Shown here in pieces: positions 52,801-64,000 of a DNA stretch of 64,000 nt; within the stretch, counting starts at the first letter, position 1; every line of letters begins with the position of its first letter. The DNA comes from Antedon mediterranea (taxonomy: Eukaryota; Animalia; Echinodermata). The DNA lies in the NCBI RefSeq assembly GCF_964355755.1, contig NC_092673.1, positions 6,944,001-7,008,000 on the forward strand, read 5' to 3'. The position numbers and the translations under genes were made by a program. The notes beneath the pieces were generated by a model, which saw nothing but the letters and a program-made list of their open reading frames with translations, had not been told where the DNA came from and did not search any database.

Positions 52801-53695
52801 GATCGTCATTATTTCTGAAGAAGCTGTCCGATCAGGACAGCGAAACTGTCAAGGTTAGTTTTTACTAATTATTGGTTTGGAAAAAAGAATATTTTCGATA
52901 TACTTAGACCTACAAACCAGATGAACATTTTCAATCATCTAGTTACCATTATCTTTATTTATGGGCCAAATAGTGAATAGCACGCCCTCTCCATTTCCTA
53001 TCAATTCTTTCTTTCGTCCGTTAATCCAATACGACATTCATTCATATCCAAATATCTCAAATAGTGCATTAGGTTAAATAGGCAATATTAATCGATCTAA
53101 AAAGGTGTTGGTGCACAAAAAAACCAATAAAACCAGTACAAGATATTGTCATTGTTAAATTAGCTTTCAGTCTGGTACTTTATTTACTATTTTCAAAGGG
53201 TATCTCAGGCTTTAACATTTCCATTGTTTATTATAAAGGCATTTGCAACAACATTGATAATTATTATTATATAATAAACAATATAAATATGTTACACTAG
53301 AGGAGCTACCTTTTAAGTCTTTGGGTACTGATATTATGTATCCACATCACTAAACCATTCATGTCAACTGACAAAGCAATCTAAATGATTGTCAGTCAGG
53401 TTTAGTGATTTAAAATGTCACATTTGTTTTTAATTTAGCTGTACGGGGCTACTTTAGAAAGGTCAGCGTGGATGGACAAGACGTTTGCCTGTTGGATCAA
53501 ACCCTTTCTAGCAGAAACGTTAGTAGCGTTATAGACTGTACACTCGTGTGTCTGTCCCATTCATTCTGTAATGGCTTTGTTGTCAGCAATCACCCATACA
53601 TAATATGTTCATTACTGGACAGGACATTTATTCGAAGAAAAGTAATTTCTATAAATTGTACTACTTATAAGAAGTATTTGAATGTATCAAAGTGA
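40822..53695 (+). CDS. Secreted YWTD beta-propeller / Thr-Asp-Tyr mucin / PAN-apple protein (paralog B, 9 exons)
   Basis: Exons 40822-40915, 41295-41537 (HVYWTD), 44358-44529, 45223-45338, 46033-46281 (MVYWSD), 47240-47284, 47457-50657 (mucin, 3201 bp), 50746-50790, 53439-53695. Phases match paralog A, and exons 1, 3, 4, 5, 6 and 9 have identical lengths. Confidence 0.9.
42290..43520 (+). mobile_element. Rearranged internal fragments of the Helitron family at 59487-63576
   Basis: tgtctaatggatgtccatcttgaaaaata.. and aaacgtcgtagtg.tgtatcgttacatgtac.. blocks match 59718-60490; absent from paralog A intron 2. Confidence 0.7.
43550..43905 (+). mobile_element. L1/Tx1 ORF1 relic
   Basis: ERYTRSFNLRFGGILE..TIENAQRTG..PRHIIAKFLYRP..MEDLP motifs of the L1 ORF1 RRM/CTD. 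Confidence 0.65.
44558..44706. mobile_element. PIF/Harbinger-like MITE
   Basis: ctctctacactat / atagtgtagacagag ends with TAA..TTA flanks; empty site ttttatcttatccaat at 28861 in paralog A. Confidence 0.65.
45498..45613 (-). mobile_element. Mini-HINE (116 bp)
   Basis: Both termini of the 4139 family with one GACA/GACC tract. The empty site aacaat^aacaagcgatgg at about 29490 shows insertion without TSD. Confidence 0.8.
46699..46814 (-). mobile_element. Mini-HINE (116 bp)
   Basis: Same structure as 45498-45613 with terminal palindrome AGTCGCGTccACGCGACT; inserted in a decayed arm of the 8280 foldback family. Confidence 0.8.
47457..50640 (+). repeat. Coding 12/24-bp minisatellite (TTDA/TTDI/TTDT/TTYA)
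   Basis: About 1060 codons of TTxx tetrapeptides, open throughout. Confidence 0.95.
51174..51216 (-). ncRNA. Minimal hammerhead ribozyme (inverted PLE end)
   Basis: Reverse complement CTGAAGA-A-GCTGTCC(gatca)GGACAGC-GAAA-CTG-TC. Confidence 0.75.
52811..52853 (+). ncRNA. Minimal hammerhead ribozyme (PLE 3' end)
   Basis: CTGAAGA-A-GCTGTCC(gatca)GGACAGC-GAAA-CTG-TC; stem I is weak. Confidence 0.75.
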
Positions 53696-54088
53696 ATATC
53701 AGGTTTTTTTTTTACTTTGACTATTGAAACAAATACAGTTCGAGATGTGATATTGTATGAAACTGAAAACACGCATGCGCACGAAATGCTACACTTAGTT
53801 TATGCACCATATGATACCATATGGAAGCTAAGGCGTGAATATGTTTAAGATATCAAATTTGCGTAGGCCTATTAAGTATGCCATATTTATTCTGAATTGT
53901 AAATAAATATTGTTGGGTTTTGATAATATATATATATATAAACTTTATTTAGACACGAGACTGATGCACAGTACAACTAGTTCAATCAACATTGATTGTC
54001 TTAATAAAAGTTCGTGAAGAAAACAAACAATTTGAAAAGAAAATTACAGCGGAATCCCTTTTGTGTTACGCTAGCGACCGGACAGGAC

Positions 54089-57000
54089 TGTTTAAAACAA
54101 GGTTTGATGTAAAGAACATAACATGTAAATATATTGACGAGGAAGGTAACATTTTCATACTATGTATTATTCATAATAAGACCACCTTTAACCTCGTAAA
54201 TGTTTATGCTCCAAACAATGACAAGGAAAGAGCAATATTTTTTAAGAAACTTGAAAATAAGATAAACACATTATGTGATGTAACTAATGAATACATAATA
54301 ACAGGAGGTGACATGAATTGCATATTAGATAAAAAGGTAGATCAGAAAAACAGCGTGAATAGCTACGATGAAGCACCAATAGCATTAAAAAAATGCATGA
54401 ATAAGTTACATTTAATTGATATATGGAGACAAAGTCATAAAGATAAATTCCAATTTACATGGAGAAGAAAGGATACGTACAGAAGGTTAGACTTTTGGTG
54501 CATATCAAACGCCCTTTATAAAAATGGTGACATCATTTCTACAGATATTCGACCTTGTATCTTCTCTGATCATCAAGCTATATCGTTGAAAATAATAAAT
54601 GATGAAAAAAAGAGAGGTCCAGGATTCTGGAAACTAAACAATAAGGTATTGAATGATGAAATATATGCGTTAAATGTTATACACATAATTGAAAAGACAA
54701 AAAAAATGAATATAACTTGAAACCTGACAGCTTACGGGAATACTTAAAATAAAAGAGTTCTCATGTAAATATTGTTCAAGAAAGAAAATTAAAGAAAAGT
54801 TGATAAAAGAAGTTAGCGAACTTGCAAAAAAACTTGATTCAACCTACAGCCAAAAAACTGACTGTCAATTAAAAAATAAAATAGAACAACTTGATGAAAT
54901 ATACATATCTGAGGCCCAAGGCCTTGAAAAAAATAATGGAAAAAGAAAACAAATTACTACCCTATTAAAAACTAATGGAAAGTACACTACCGACACTAAT
55001 GAAATTTTAAGAAAACAGGTCAATTTTTACAAAAACTTATATTCCAAAAAAAATATTTCTGTTAATAATATAAATAGCTATCTTGAAAAATCAAGATCAA
55101 AAACACTTTCATTAAATGACAGTATGCAATGTGAAGGTTTACTAGCTATAGATGAATTAACAAGTGCTCTTCATAAAATGCACTTGAATAAAAGTCCGGG
55201 GTGTGATGGACTAAGTGTAGAATTTTACAAGTTTTTTTTGGAATCATATAAAAGAAATGTTATGTGCATCCTTAAATTATAGCTACAATAAAAGTAAATT
55301 ACCTAAAACACAAAAAAAGGGAATAATAAAATTGTTATTTAAAAATGGAAAAAGAGAATCACTAACAAACTGGAGACCAATTACATTGTTAAATGTTGAT
55401 TATAAAATGATGGCCCATGCCCTATCGGGTAGAATACAAAAAGTAATTGCCCCAATTATTTACTCCGACCAAAAAGGTTATATCAACGGACGATTTGGAG
55501 GAGAAAGCATACGTTTAGTCGAAGACGTTCTTTTCCAGACCAATACATGTAAATTACCCGGAGCAATAGTTTTTCTAAACTTTGCAAAGGCCTTCAATTC
55601 ATAAGATAGAAACTTTATTTTTAAATGCCTCCAAAAGTTTGGCTTTGGAAAGTCATTTACAAAATGGATTACATTGCTATATACAGAAACAGAATGTATT
55701 ATAGAAAATAATGGATGGCTATCTGAAAGTTTTCAGATGGAAAGTGGAGTAAGACAAGGATGTCCACTGTCTGCTCTTTTATTCACACTTGCTGTTGAAA
55801 TAATGGCTAATAATATAAGAGATAATCCTCTATGTAAAGACATTATGTTACCATGTAATATAGATAATGCATGTAAATGAAAGTACTGTTAAAATTTGTC
55901 AATTAGCAGATGACTTATTTACACGAGACGAGACTAGTTTAAAACACTTTTTGAAAGAAATAGAGTTTTTTTGTAATATATCTGGATTAAAATTAAATAA
56001 AGAAAAAACCAAAGGAATGTGGATTGGTTCCAGCAAAAATAATGAAACAGCACCTTTTAATCTAACATGGACGAAGAATCCAGTTAAATTCTTAGGGATA
56101 TATGTCGGCTACAATAAAAGAGTGTGCGAAGAAAAGAACTGGAATGAAAAAATCACTAAACTTGATCAGATATTGCAATTATGGTAAAAAAAGAAACCCC
56201 TCTTTTTTGGAAAAATAATTATTATAAAAACATTTGCAATTTCCAAACTTGTATATAATGCTAGTGTCATAATTGTGCCTAAATATGTATTCCCAAAAGT
56301 AGAAAAGGTATTATATAGGGGTAAAAAAGAGAAAATAAAAAGGAAAACCCTTATAAATTCAATATTAGAAGGTGGTCTAAATATGGTACATCTTAGCACA
56401 ATGGTTAGTTCGCTAAAACTTAGTTGGGTTAAGAGATTGTTAAGCCCTGACCCAGGTAAATGGAAATATTTACCAAAACATTATATATATATCCATTTGA
56501 TTATACTGTCAATACTAGTGAACCCAATTTTGAAAGTCATGTAGAACTGAAATGTATGCCTGAATTTTATAAAGAAATGTTAAAAGTGTTAGTGTATTTT
56601 AACAATATAAGTATTACATACCCGCAAAATGTAAACGAAGTTGAAAAACAACAATTGTGGGAAAACACTTTTATAAAATGCAGTGGAAAAACATTATATT
56701 TTAAAAGTTGGATACAAGCAGGGTATAAAACAATAAAAGATATAATAGTTAATCACAGATTAATGACTCCGACAGAATTGATACCCACCCTTTCAGAGCA
56801 ACAAAATGGAATAATTGAATATTTTAAGATTGTAAATGCAATTCCCTCAAATTGGAAGAAAATATTTATAAACAATGAAAAAAAAAGAGACAAACAAGAA
56901 ATACAAACAATATATTGTAAAAAGTATAAAAATTCATTTTATTATAAACACATTATCAACAATATATCTATTACTCCATTTTGTCAATCGAAATGGGAAA

Positions 57001-57670
57001 CAGAATTTAGAAATGTGAACTTTAAGTGGAATGAAATATGGTTAAAAAAAGTATATAGCATGAAACATGTAACAAAAGTAGCACAATTTAATTTTAAACT
57101 GCTACATCGGATTCTGGCATGTAAACAACGAATGAAGATATGGAAAATATCTCCTGAAGAAATGTGCGAACACTGCAAAAACGAAATTGAGACAGACAAG
57201 CACATGCTTTTGAAATGTAAAAGTATCCAAAAAGTATGGACAAAATTCAATAACATGATTCTAAAATGCTATACACTTGAAGAAACCGTACATGATTGGC
57301 TAGACATTGTTATTGGAACAAAAAGTGAAAATGTCAATGAATTATTATCACTGTTTACTTTTTGTATTTATAAAACAAATTTTATTAAATCATTAGAAAA
57401 GCATTCAAAAATTAGATCAAAAGTCGTCTGGAACTTGTTCCGATTTGAGCTAAAAAAATCTTATACAGAATCAATGTGCTTTTAACATAAACAAGACAAA
57501 AAAAAAGTGGGGTAACGTAAAAATAAAATTATTAACTTGTATTTCTTAAAATTACATGTATTAATTTTTAATTTTTTCATTATTATTTTAATTTTTATTT
57601 ATATATATATATATATATTATACAATTTCTATATATAACTACAATGTGTAATATGAAGAATGAAATAAAA
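54089..57670 (+). mobile_element. Degenerate L1/Tx1-clade LINE ORF2 (APE endonuclease, RT, zf-RVT)
   Basis: NVYAPN, GGDMN, SDH (endonuclease); KSPGCDGLSVEFYK, NWRPITLLNVDYK, GVRQGCPLSALLF, LADD (RT); CEHC..ET.KHMLLKC (zinc knuckle). Multiple frameshifts and stops; AATAAAA at about 57664. Confidence 0.92.
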
Positions 57671-58039
57671 GTGGGTTGGCCCCACGAAAGAGAAAATTAT
57701 TTATTTTAGATAATAGTTTTTAAAATAATCTGCAAATTTCAACGCACCTTTAATAACAAAGCTGTTGATCAGACCAGACATGCTTTTTTTTTGTGCTCTG
57801 CATTTTTACATAATTGTTTACAAAATTGAACACCTCACTTGTTTTAGATTAGTTAATGAACAAAGTTGTGTTTTTACTGCAAATATTTGAGGTTAGGATT
57901 GAAGAGATTTTTAAAGATATTTTTCTAGGCCTACGAATCACAAGGTAGTTCTGTACAGTATGTCAACTCGCATACAAAAGGTGGTGCTCCTACTGTACGA
58001 CTAGGAGGTCTGGAGGTAAAAAATGCAAGTAGTAGCGTT

Positions 58040-58480
58040 GGTGGGTATAGCTTGGATAACAAGTGTGGCAAGTGCTGTTTCCCTGTTTTATGATATTCAG
58101 ATAAAGCATGTGGATGTAGCATGTGTCATAAATGGTATTGTTATTACGTGCAAAAACGTTTTTAATGCAAAATACAAATGGATTAGAAGTGAAGATGATC
58201 CTACCATAAATTGGTATTGCTTAAGCTTTTCGGGTAAAGCATCTAAAATGTCTGGATGAAATTAGTGGTAGATATTTAAGAAAACCAAACAATAGGCATA
58301 ATGCAAAAAAGATCTATCGGAAGTAAAAGATGATGTAAGAAAAAATAAGGAGGAAATTAAGAAATTGACAAATGCTACTGAGAAATCAAGCGCAGGTGTA
58401 GATGAAGACTTGGAGACAAAAGTGGATAGAAAGTTTGATGACTTAATGGACAAGATGGTTAGAGAAACTGATAATTTGAT
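58040..58480 (+). mobile_element. Decayed LINE ORF1 (PHD finger + coiled coil)
   Basis: KCGKC..DKACGCSMCHKWYC..NWYC pattern followed by DLSEVKDDVRKNKEEIKKL..DDLMDKMVRE; contains stops and frameshifts. Confidence 0.55.
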
Positions 58481-58855
58481 TTGTTAAAAGTGATACTGTG
58501 ACTGATAATCAAACTATTCAATTAATATTTATTTTGAGAGTGGTATGAATGCATGCGTGCTTGGCAAGACAAGTTCGTCATGGTAATTAATTACATTTTA
58601 GCTGTAACAAAAAGAATCATTCTTAATTGTACCATTTATTGTACAAATTTAAAATTTAATAAAACGCAATTACCTACATGCAGGTGTGTGTTACCATGTC
58701 ACGTCTCGTTAAAGTAAAGTACGATAAATGATAAATTATATTGCTAAAATAAACATTTGTCATTTACCAAAGAACAGCCCTACGGAAACGAAGGAATCTG
58801 TTCTACGTACTGTGTTTAGGTATTTGTAAGAGAATTCTGGACAGCTATATTAAAT

Positions 58856-58952
58856 ATGAATATTATATTCACGTGTCTATTGCGATTCTCTATGTCCAAG
58901 TGTGCTTTATATTATTGTACTATTTTCTTTATTATTTATACGTGTTATTCAG
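58856..58952 (+). CDS. Signal-peptide exon 1 of a further paralog (remainder not in the window)
   Basis: MNIIFTCLLRFSMSKCALYYCTIFFIIYTCYS-G|gtaagt is homologous to MNRLTCLSRLS..ILICTCFS-G|gtaagt; same phase-1 donor. Confidence 0.7.
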
Positions 58953-59170
58953 GTAAGTGTATGCATTTATTTATAGCGTTAATTAACTATATATAAACTG
59001 TATGTAATTGTATAACCAGAACAGTACAATGCAATAGTACTTATATTATACTGAAACCATGCTAACTAATAATATTAATAACTAAATCACACCAGCCTAT
59101 CACCTGCCAGTATAATTTATTGCGTTGAAGTTATGAGTTTGTTTGTACGAGAACGCCCAGTTTATAAACA

Positions 59171-59449
59171 AAATACAATACGAATTAGATTTGACCACTA
59201 TGGACGAGTTAGGTTATCCGCTGCGCAAACGCTACGTGCACGTCATATGTTGGAATATTGCGAACAGAAAAACGATTATGCCATTGTGAACTGAAGAAAA
59301 TAAAAAACAAAATACAATACCAACTAGATTTGAACTCGTCACTATGGACGAGTTAGGTTATCAGCCAGGCAAACGCTACGTGCACGTCATACGTTAGAAT
59401 ATTGCGAACAGAAAAACGATTAAGCCATTGTGAACTGAAGAAAATAAAA
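59171..59449 (+). repeat. About 140-bp tandem duplication
   Basis: cactatggacgagttaggttatc..gtgaactgaagaaaataaaa occurs twice. Confidence 0.85.
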
Positions 59450-59486
59450 TGTTAGTGTGCCTTCTATTTTGTGTGTATATACAGTA

Positions 59487-60778
59487 TCTATATATAAATT
59501 TACGTAAGGGCAAAATTCGGTAAATCGCGCCTTACTTCTAGAATTTTTACTCGATGGTATATAAAGTTGGTTCGCACTTTCGGTACTGATTTTAACCACC
59601 TGATGTAACCCTGTTTACTAATTAAATTAAGTTAGATAATTAGTTATTGACGATTAAAACGAATTTAGGTTCAACGATTTGCCCCAAATAGGGGTGTTTT
59701 CCGATCGTGGTATACACTGTCTAATAGATGTCCATCTTGAAAAATACCCGCCACAAAAATGCGAAGAGGCTTCGCATTTTCCTATCTCCTCCTACGATAA
59801 TTGTTTTTAATAGCTGAAAACCGGTTGAACAGTTCGAGTACATCATCATAATGTTGAAGACAGGCCGATTTTCTTTAAAAAATACTATTTTGATACATTT
59901 AATATACGTTTTTACAAATGCATTGATGAATGGAACATTCCAAATTATTTGGTTTAACCATAGAGGTATAGATTTAGATTTATGGGCCCCCTTGGAGAAT
60001 AAACATAAATAGTATTGCAATGCTGTACAATACTGTTAAGGTATTAACAACTTTTGATGGCAATTTGAATCGCAAATTTCTTACTGTGTGTGTTGGTACT
60101 GTTAGATGTAATAAAAATATATGCAAATAAACTTTATTACTGTGAGTGTGGGTAGGCCCTACTGTTAGATTATAAACATATAATATACAAATAAATAAAC
60201 GTTATTACTGACAGTTGCTTCTCAACGTTTGTATTAATTAATAATTTAAAAATATATAAACGTCGTAGTGGTGTATCGTTACATGTACTTTACTATTTCA
60301 ATCGACTATGACAGTGAGAGTTTTAACAAAGTACCGTATTAAATCGTAAATGTTTTACTGTATTTAGTGGTATATTATTTATAGGCCTATAAAACATTAA
60401 AAACAATATTTCGTTACTGAGTGGATAAGAATATATTTTAAAATGTTTCCCCTTTGTACCTATCTTCTTCCCTCATCCCTCAACCCTTAATGTTACATAC
60501 AAAACACAAATTGGGTTTGTTTAAATGAGTCCAAATAAAAAAATTTGACTCATTTTGTTTCTCTCTCGGAAGTAATTCCCAGGGTGCTAATTTTGGTTGA
60601 CTACATAAATCATTGTGTATATTTATTCGTTTCTGTAAACGACAATATGTATTATAGTCCTGCGGTACGTACACTGTTTGAAATCTCCATTTTTTTCTCG
60701 CTGGAAATACTGTGTATTCGAGAACCATCTGTGGGCACGACCTAGATGGTACGCGAGCGAAGCGAGCGTGCCATCTAG
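59487..60778 (+). mobile_element. Non-autonomous Helitron, copy 1
   Basis: Preceded by A, starts TC, and ends in the hairpin CTAGATGGTACGC..GCGTGCCATCTAG with terminal CTAG. Confidence 0.85.
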
Positions 60779-61538
60779 TCTATATATAAATTTACGTAAG
60801 GGCAAAATTCGGTAAATCGCGCCTTACTTCTAGAATTTTTACTCGATGGTATATAAAGTTGGTTCGTACTTTCGGTACTGATTTTAACCACCTGATGTAA
60901 CCCTGTTTACTAATTAAATTAAGTTAGATAATTAGTTATTGACGATTAAAACGAATTTAGGTTCAACGATTTGCCCCAAATAGGGGTGTTTTCCGATCGT
61001 GGTATACACTGTCTAATGGATGTCCATCTTGAAAAATACCCGCCACAAAAATGCGAGGAGGCTTCGCATTTTCCTATCTCCTCCTACGATAATTGTTTTT
61101 AATAGCTGAAAACCGGTTGAACAGCTAGAGTACAGCATCATAATGTTGAAGACAGGCCGATTTTCTTTAAAAAATACTATTTTGATAGATTTAATATACG
61201 ATTATACAAATGTATTGATTTGCGATGAATGGAACATCCCAATCTCTCAGTCTGCCAGAGTTTGGTTTAACACAAGTAGGTAAATTTATGAGCCCTTGGT
61301 TTAACACATACGGTAGGTAAATATATGGGCCCTTTGAGAATAAACTTGCAATACTTTGACAATACTGTAAATACCTATTAACTATTTTTGGTCCTCATTT
61401 GAATCGAACAATTCTTACTGTGAATGTTCGTACTGTTAGATGTAACATAAAAATATGTACAAATAAACTTTATTACTGAGATTGTGGTTATGCTTCACTG
61501 TTAGATATATAAACACATTATTATATAAATCCAAAGGC

Positions 61539-62940
61539 AAATTACTGAAAAAATGACTAATGCTGTGGGTATCAGTGGCTGGATCTCAATGGAGATACAA
61601 AAATAAAAAGCGAAAAGCTAAATCAAAACGATAAAGTAAACAGCCAGAAAAGTTAGCAGAGCTTTCGGGCAGCACTAGCCCTTCATCAGTGCAAGTGAGG
61701 GGATTTGAATAAAGTCATAGCATATGAGTTGGCAAGTACTGCCTGGGTGGACAGGAATAAAAGAAATATAACAATAGAAACAGCGGGTTGAATAGTGGGT
61801 GGAGAGTGAATAAGAGTAGAAAACAATGAAGGTAGCTTGGTAAAGATATAAACAATTTTGGAATGGAACTAAAAAAGCTAAAATGGTGGTTAATATTGAA
61901 ACTTAAATTTTGGTAGTCAATGGAATAATTTTACCGATCTGGGAGTATGTTCCTAATGTTAAGTCCAAAAGGTTTTGTGGTTTTAAGTAGTAATTCCCAG
62001 TGGTTTTCTTTGTCTTTGCGAGTTTTGTCGCTCCATTTGACATCGTGGTCTATTGCAATAACTCTGAAATTTGCAATCGAGTGACCAGCTGAATTAAAAT
62101 GTTCGGCTACAGGTTGATCAAGCTTTAATGTTTTGATAGCTGATCTATGTTGAGTCATTCTCATACGGAGAGTGTTTTTTGTTTCTCCGACGTACTGTTT
62201 GCCACAAATATTACAGTATATGAGATAAATGACGTTTTTGGTTAGACAATTAATTGATTGTCTTATCCGAAAAATGCGGCCAGTTTGGTTACTCTCAAAT
62301 GTTTCAGTAGAATCAACCAATGAACAAGTTTTGCCAGATTTGCCGCAAAGGTGACTGCCCAAATTTTGGCTGTCATGAGAGTTAATTTCACTCTTAAATT
62401 TGGATCTGACTAATATATCACGAAGGTTGGGAGGTCTACGAAATGCAATAATGGGTGGTTCCGGAAAAACAGTCCTGAGACGTTCTGTGGACTGTAGAAT
62501 GGGCATATGTTTCTCAATAATAGCCCGTAATGGAGGCAACCTAGGGTGGTAGGTTGTGACCAATGGCACTCTGGTCGATTTTTTTGGCTGACGTGGTTTG
62601 TACGTCAGTGTTTGACATCGAGGAATATCTTTTGCTTTCTTTATAGCAGTTTCGATGTATTCCTTCTTGTAATTTCTATTCCGGAGATGTCCGGTTAGTT
62701 CTTCGGTACGATTCTGAAAATCTAAATCTGAAGAACAGATACGTCTGATACCGTAATGCTTGACTGTACGGTATGTTTTTAGTACAGTGTTGGGGGTGAC
62801 AACTGCTAGGGAGCAGGTACATATTTTTATCCGTGGGTTTACGGAATAGGTCAGTTTTGAGTGTACCATTTTCTATGGTCACTATAGTGTCCAAAAAATC
62901 AACGCTACTAGTGGATTTGGTAGCTGTAAATTTGATAGTT
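61539..62940 (-). mobile_element. 5'-truncated Penelope-like element, Neptune-like
   Basis: TDLFRKPTD..SSCHPQH..IPYSQALR (RT C-terminus), FRRPPNLRDILV, CGKSGKTC linker, VIYLIYCNICGKQYVGET..H..PVAEHF (GIY-YIG); one frameshift. Confidence 0.9.
61655..61695 (-). ncRNA. Minimal hammerhead ribozyme (Neptune-like PLE 3' end)
   Basis: Reverse complement GCA-CTGATGA-A-GGGC(tagtgct)GCCC-GAAA-GC-TC-TGC. Confidence 0.8.
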
Positions 62941-64000
62941 ATTATTATAATTATACAAATAAACTTTATACTGACCCTCTCAACATTATTATATACAAAT
63001 AAACTTTATACTGACAGTTCCCTCTCAACGTTTGTATTAATTATTAATTAATAATTATCAATAATATAAACGTCGTAGTGGTGTATCGTGACATGTACTT
63101 TAATATTTCAATCGATTATGACATTGACAGTTTTAACAAAGTATTAAATCGCAAATGTTTTACTGTATTTAGAGGTATATTATTTATAGGCCTATAAAAC
63201 ATGAACAAAATATTTCGTTACTGAGTGGATAAAGAATATATTTAAAAAATTTTCCTCTTTGTACCTATCCGCTTTCCCATCCCTCAAACCTAATGTTACA
63301 TACAAAACACAAATTGGGTTTCTTTAAATGAGTCCAAATCAAAAATTTGGACTCATTTTGTGATAAGTTTCTCCTTCGGAAGTAATTCCCAGGGTGCTAA
63401 TTTTAGTTGAATACATAAATCATCGTGTCTATTTATTCGTTTCTGTAAACGACAATGTATTATATAATAGTACATTTGAAATCGCCAGTTTTGTTACGCT
63501 GAAATTACTGTGTATTCGAGAACCATCTGTGGGCACGACCTAGATGGTACGCGAGCGAAGCAAGCGTACCATCTAGTACACTAAAATAACTGTATACATA
63601 CTACATACAGTGCAGAATAGGTGGAAATAACGGAATCCGCCTTTAATTCCAAATTTTAACATGATGACGTCATCATAATGAAACGCATAGATAGCATTTT
63701 TAGAAGGAAATTATCTGAGCAACAACATATTAACGTGTTAAAGGAATTTGGATACGTATAATATGGATGCATGAACTATGACGCAAAATATGAAAATACG
63801 ACTTTTAGTTTTATAATTTAACAGGCCATATGACGACGTCACAACATCCAAGTGTTTCACGCTTTTGATTATGATGACGTTATTAAAAATGTTAAAAATG
63901 GTAAATCATGCGAAAGATAATTGATTGACCTAGAAAATATCAAAATATGGGAGGAAAATGGAATACGGATAAGTGGAGATGCGCTCTATTAAATGTGATG

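Larger units (their letters stand above)
51128..52937. mobile_element. Penelope/Poseidon-like element as an inverted pair with 15-bp TSD
   Basis: RT fragment (WKRYVDDV, VYRKPTHTDQYLHFDSHHP) and GIY-YIG (VYEISCSNCDHTYIGETGR) on minus; a second GIY-YIG/3' end on plus. TSD TCTAGTTACCATTAT at 51113-51127 and 52938-52952. Confidence 0.92.
60779..63576 (+). mobile_element. Non-autonomous Helitron, copy 2 (head-to-tail, carries a PLE insertion)
   Basis: Starts TC directly after the copy-1 CTAG and ends ..GCGTACCATCTAG followed by T. Confidence 0.85.

Noticed and set aside
63605-64000. Possible DNA transposon start (ta-CAGTG.. with tgacgtca motifs)
   Set aside because: The other terminus is not in the window, so it cannot be supported.

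Overview
AT-rich, intron-containing animal genomic DNA, probably a marine invertebrate (the taxon cannot be fixed from sequence alone). Host content is a + strand tandem cluster of secreted mucin-like genes. Two complete 9-exon paralogs (27231-34536, 40822-53695) encode signal peptide + YWTD (LDLR class B) beta-propeller + Thr/Asp-rich repeat + C-terminal PAN/apple-like domain. The cluster also includes the 3' end of a third paralog (344-3491), exon 1 of a fourth (58856-58952) and a propeller-less relative broken by a 5-bp insertion (21314-23879). The rest is densely nested mobile DNA. It includes a near-complete Ngaro-type tyrosine-recombinase retrotransposon with a 5' SGNH hydrolase ORF and an apparent gag-YR splice, three kinds of Penelope-like elements with six hammerhead ribozyme motifs, and a head-to-tail Helitron pair. 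It also holds Helentron-type HINEs, a 2-kb TGT..ACA foldback element, L2/CR1/Tx1 LINE relics, a 5S+tRNA SINE, a tRNA-carrying repeat in (TA)n tracts, several MITEs and an excess of the palindrome TAGGCCTA. All gene models and coordinates were read by eye and may be off by a few bases; no database searches were run.
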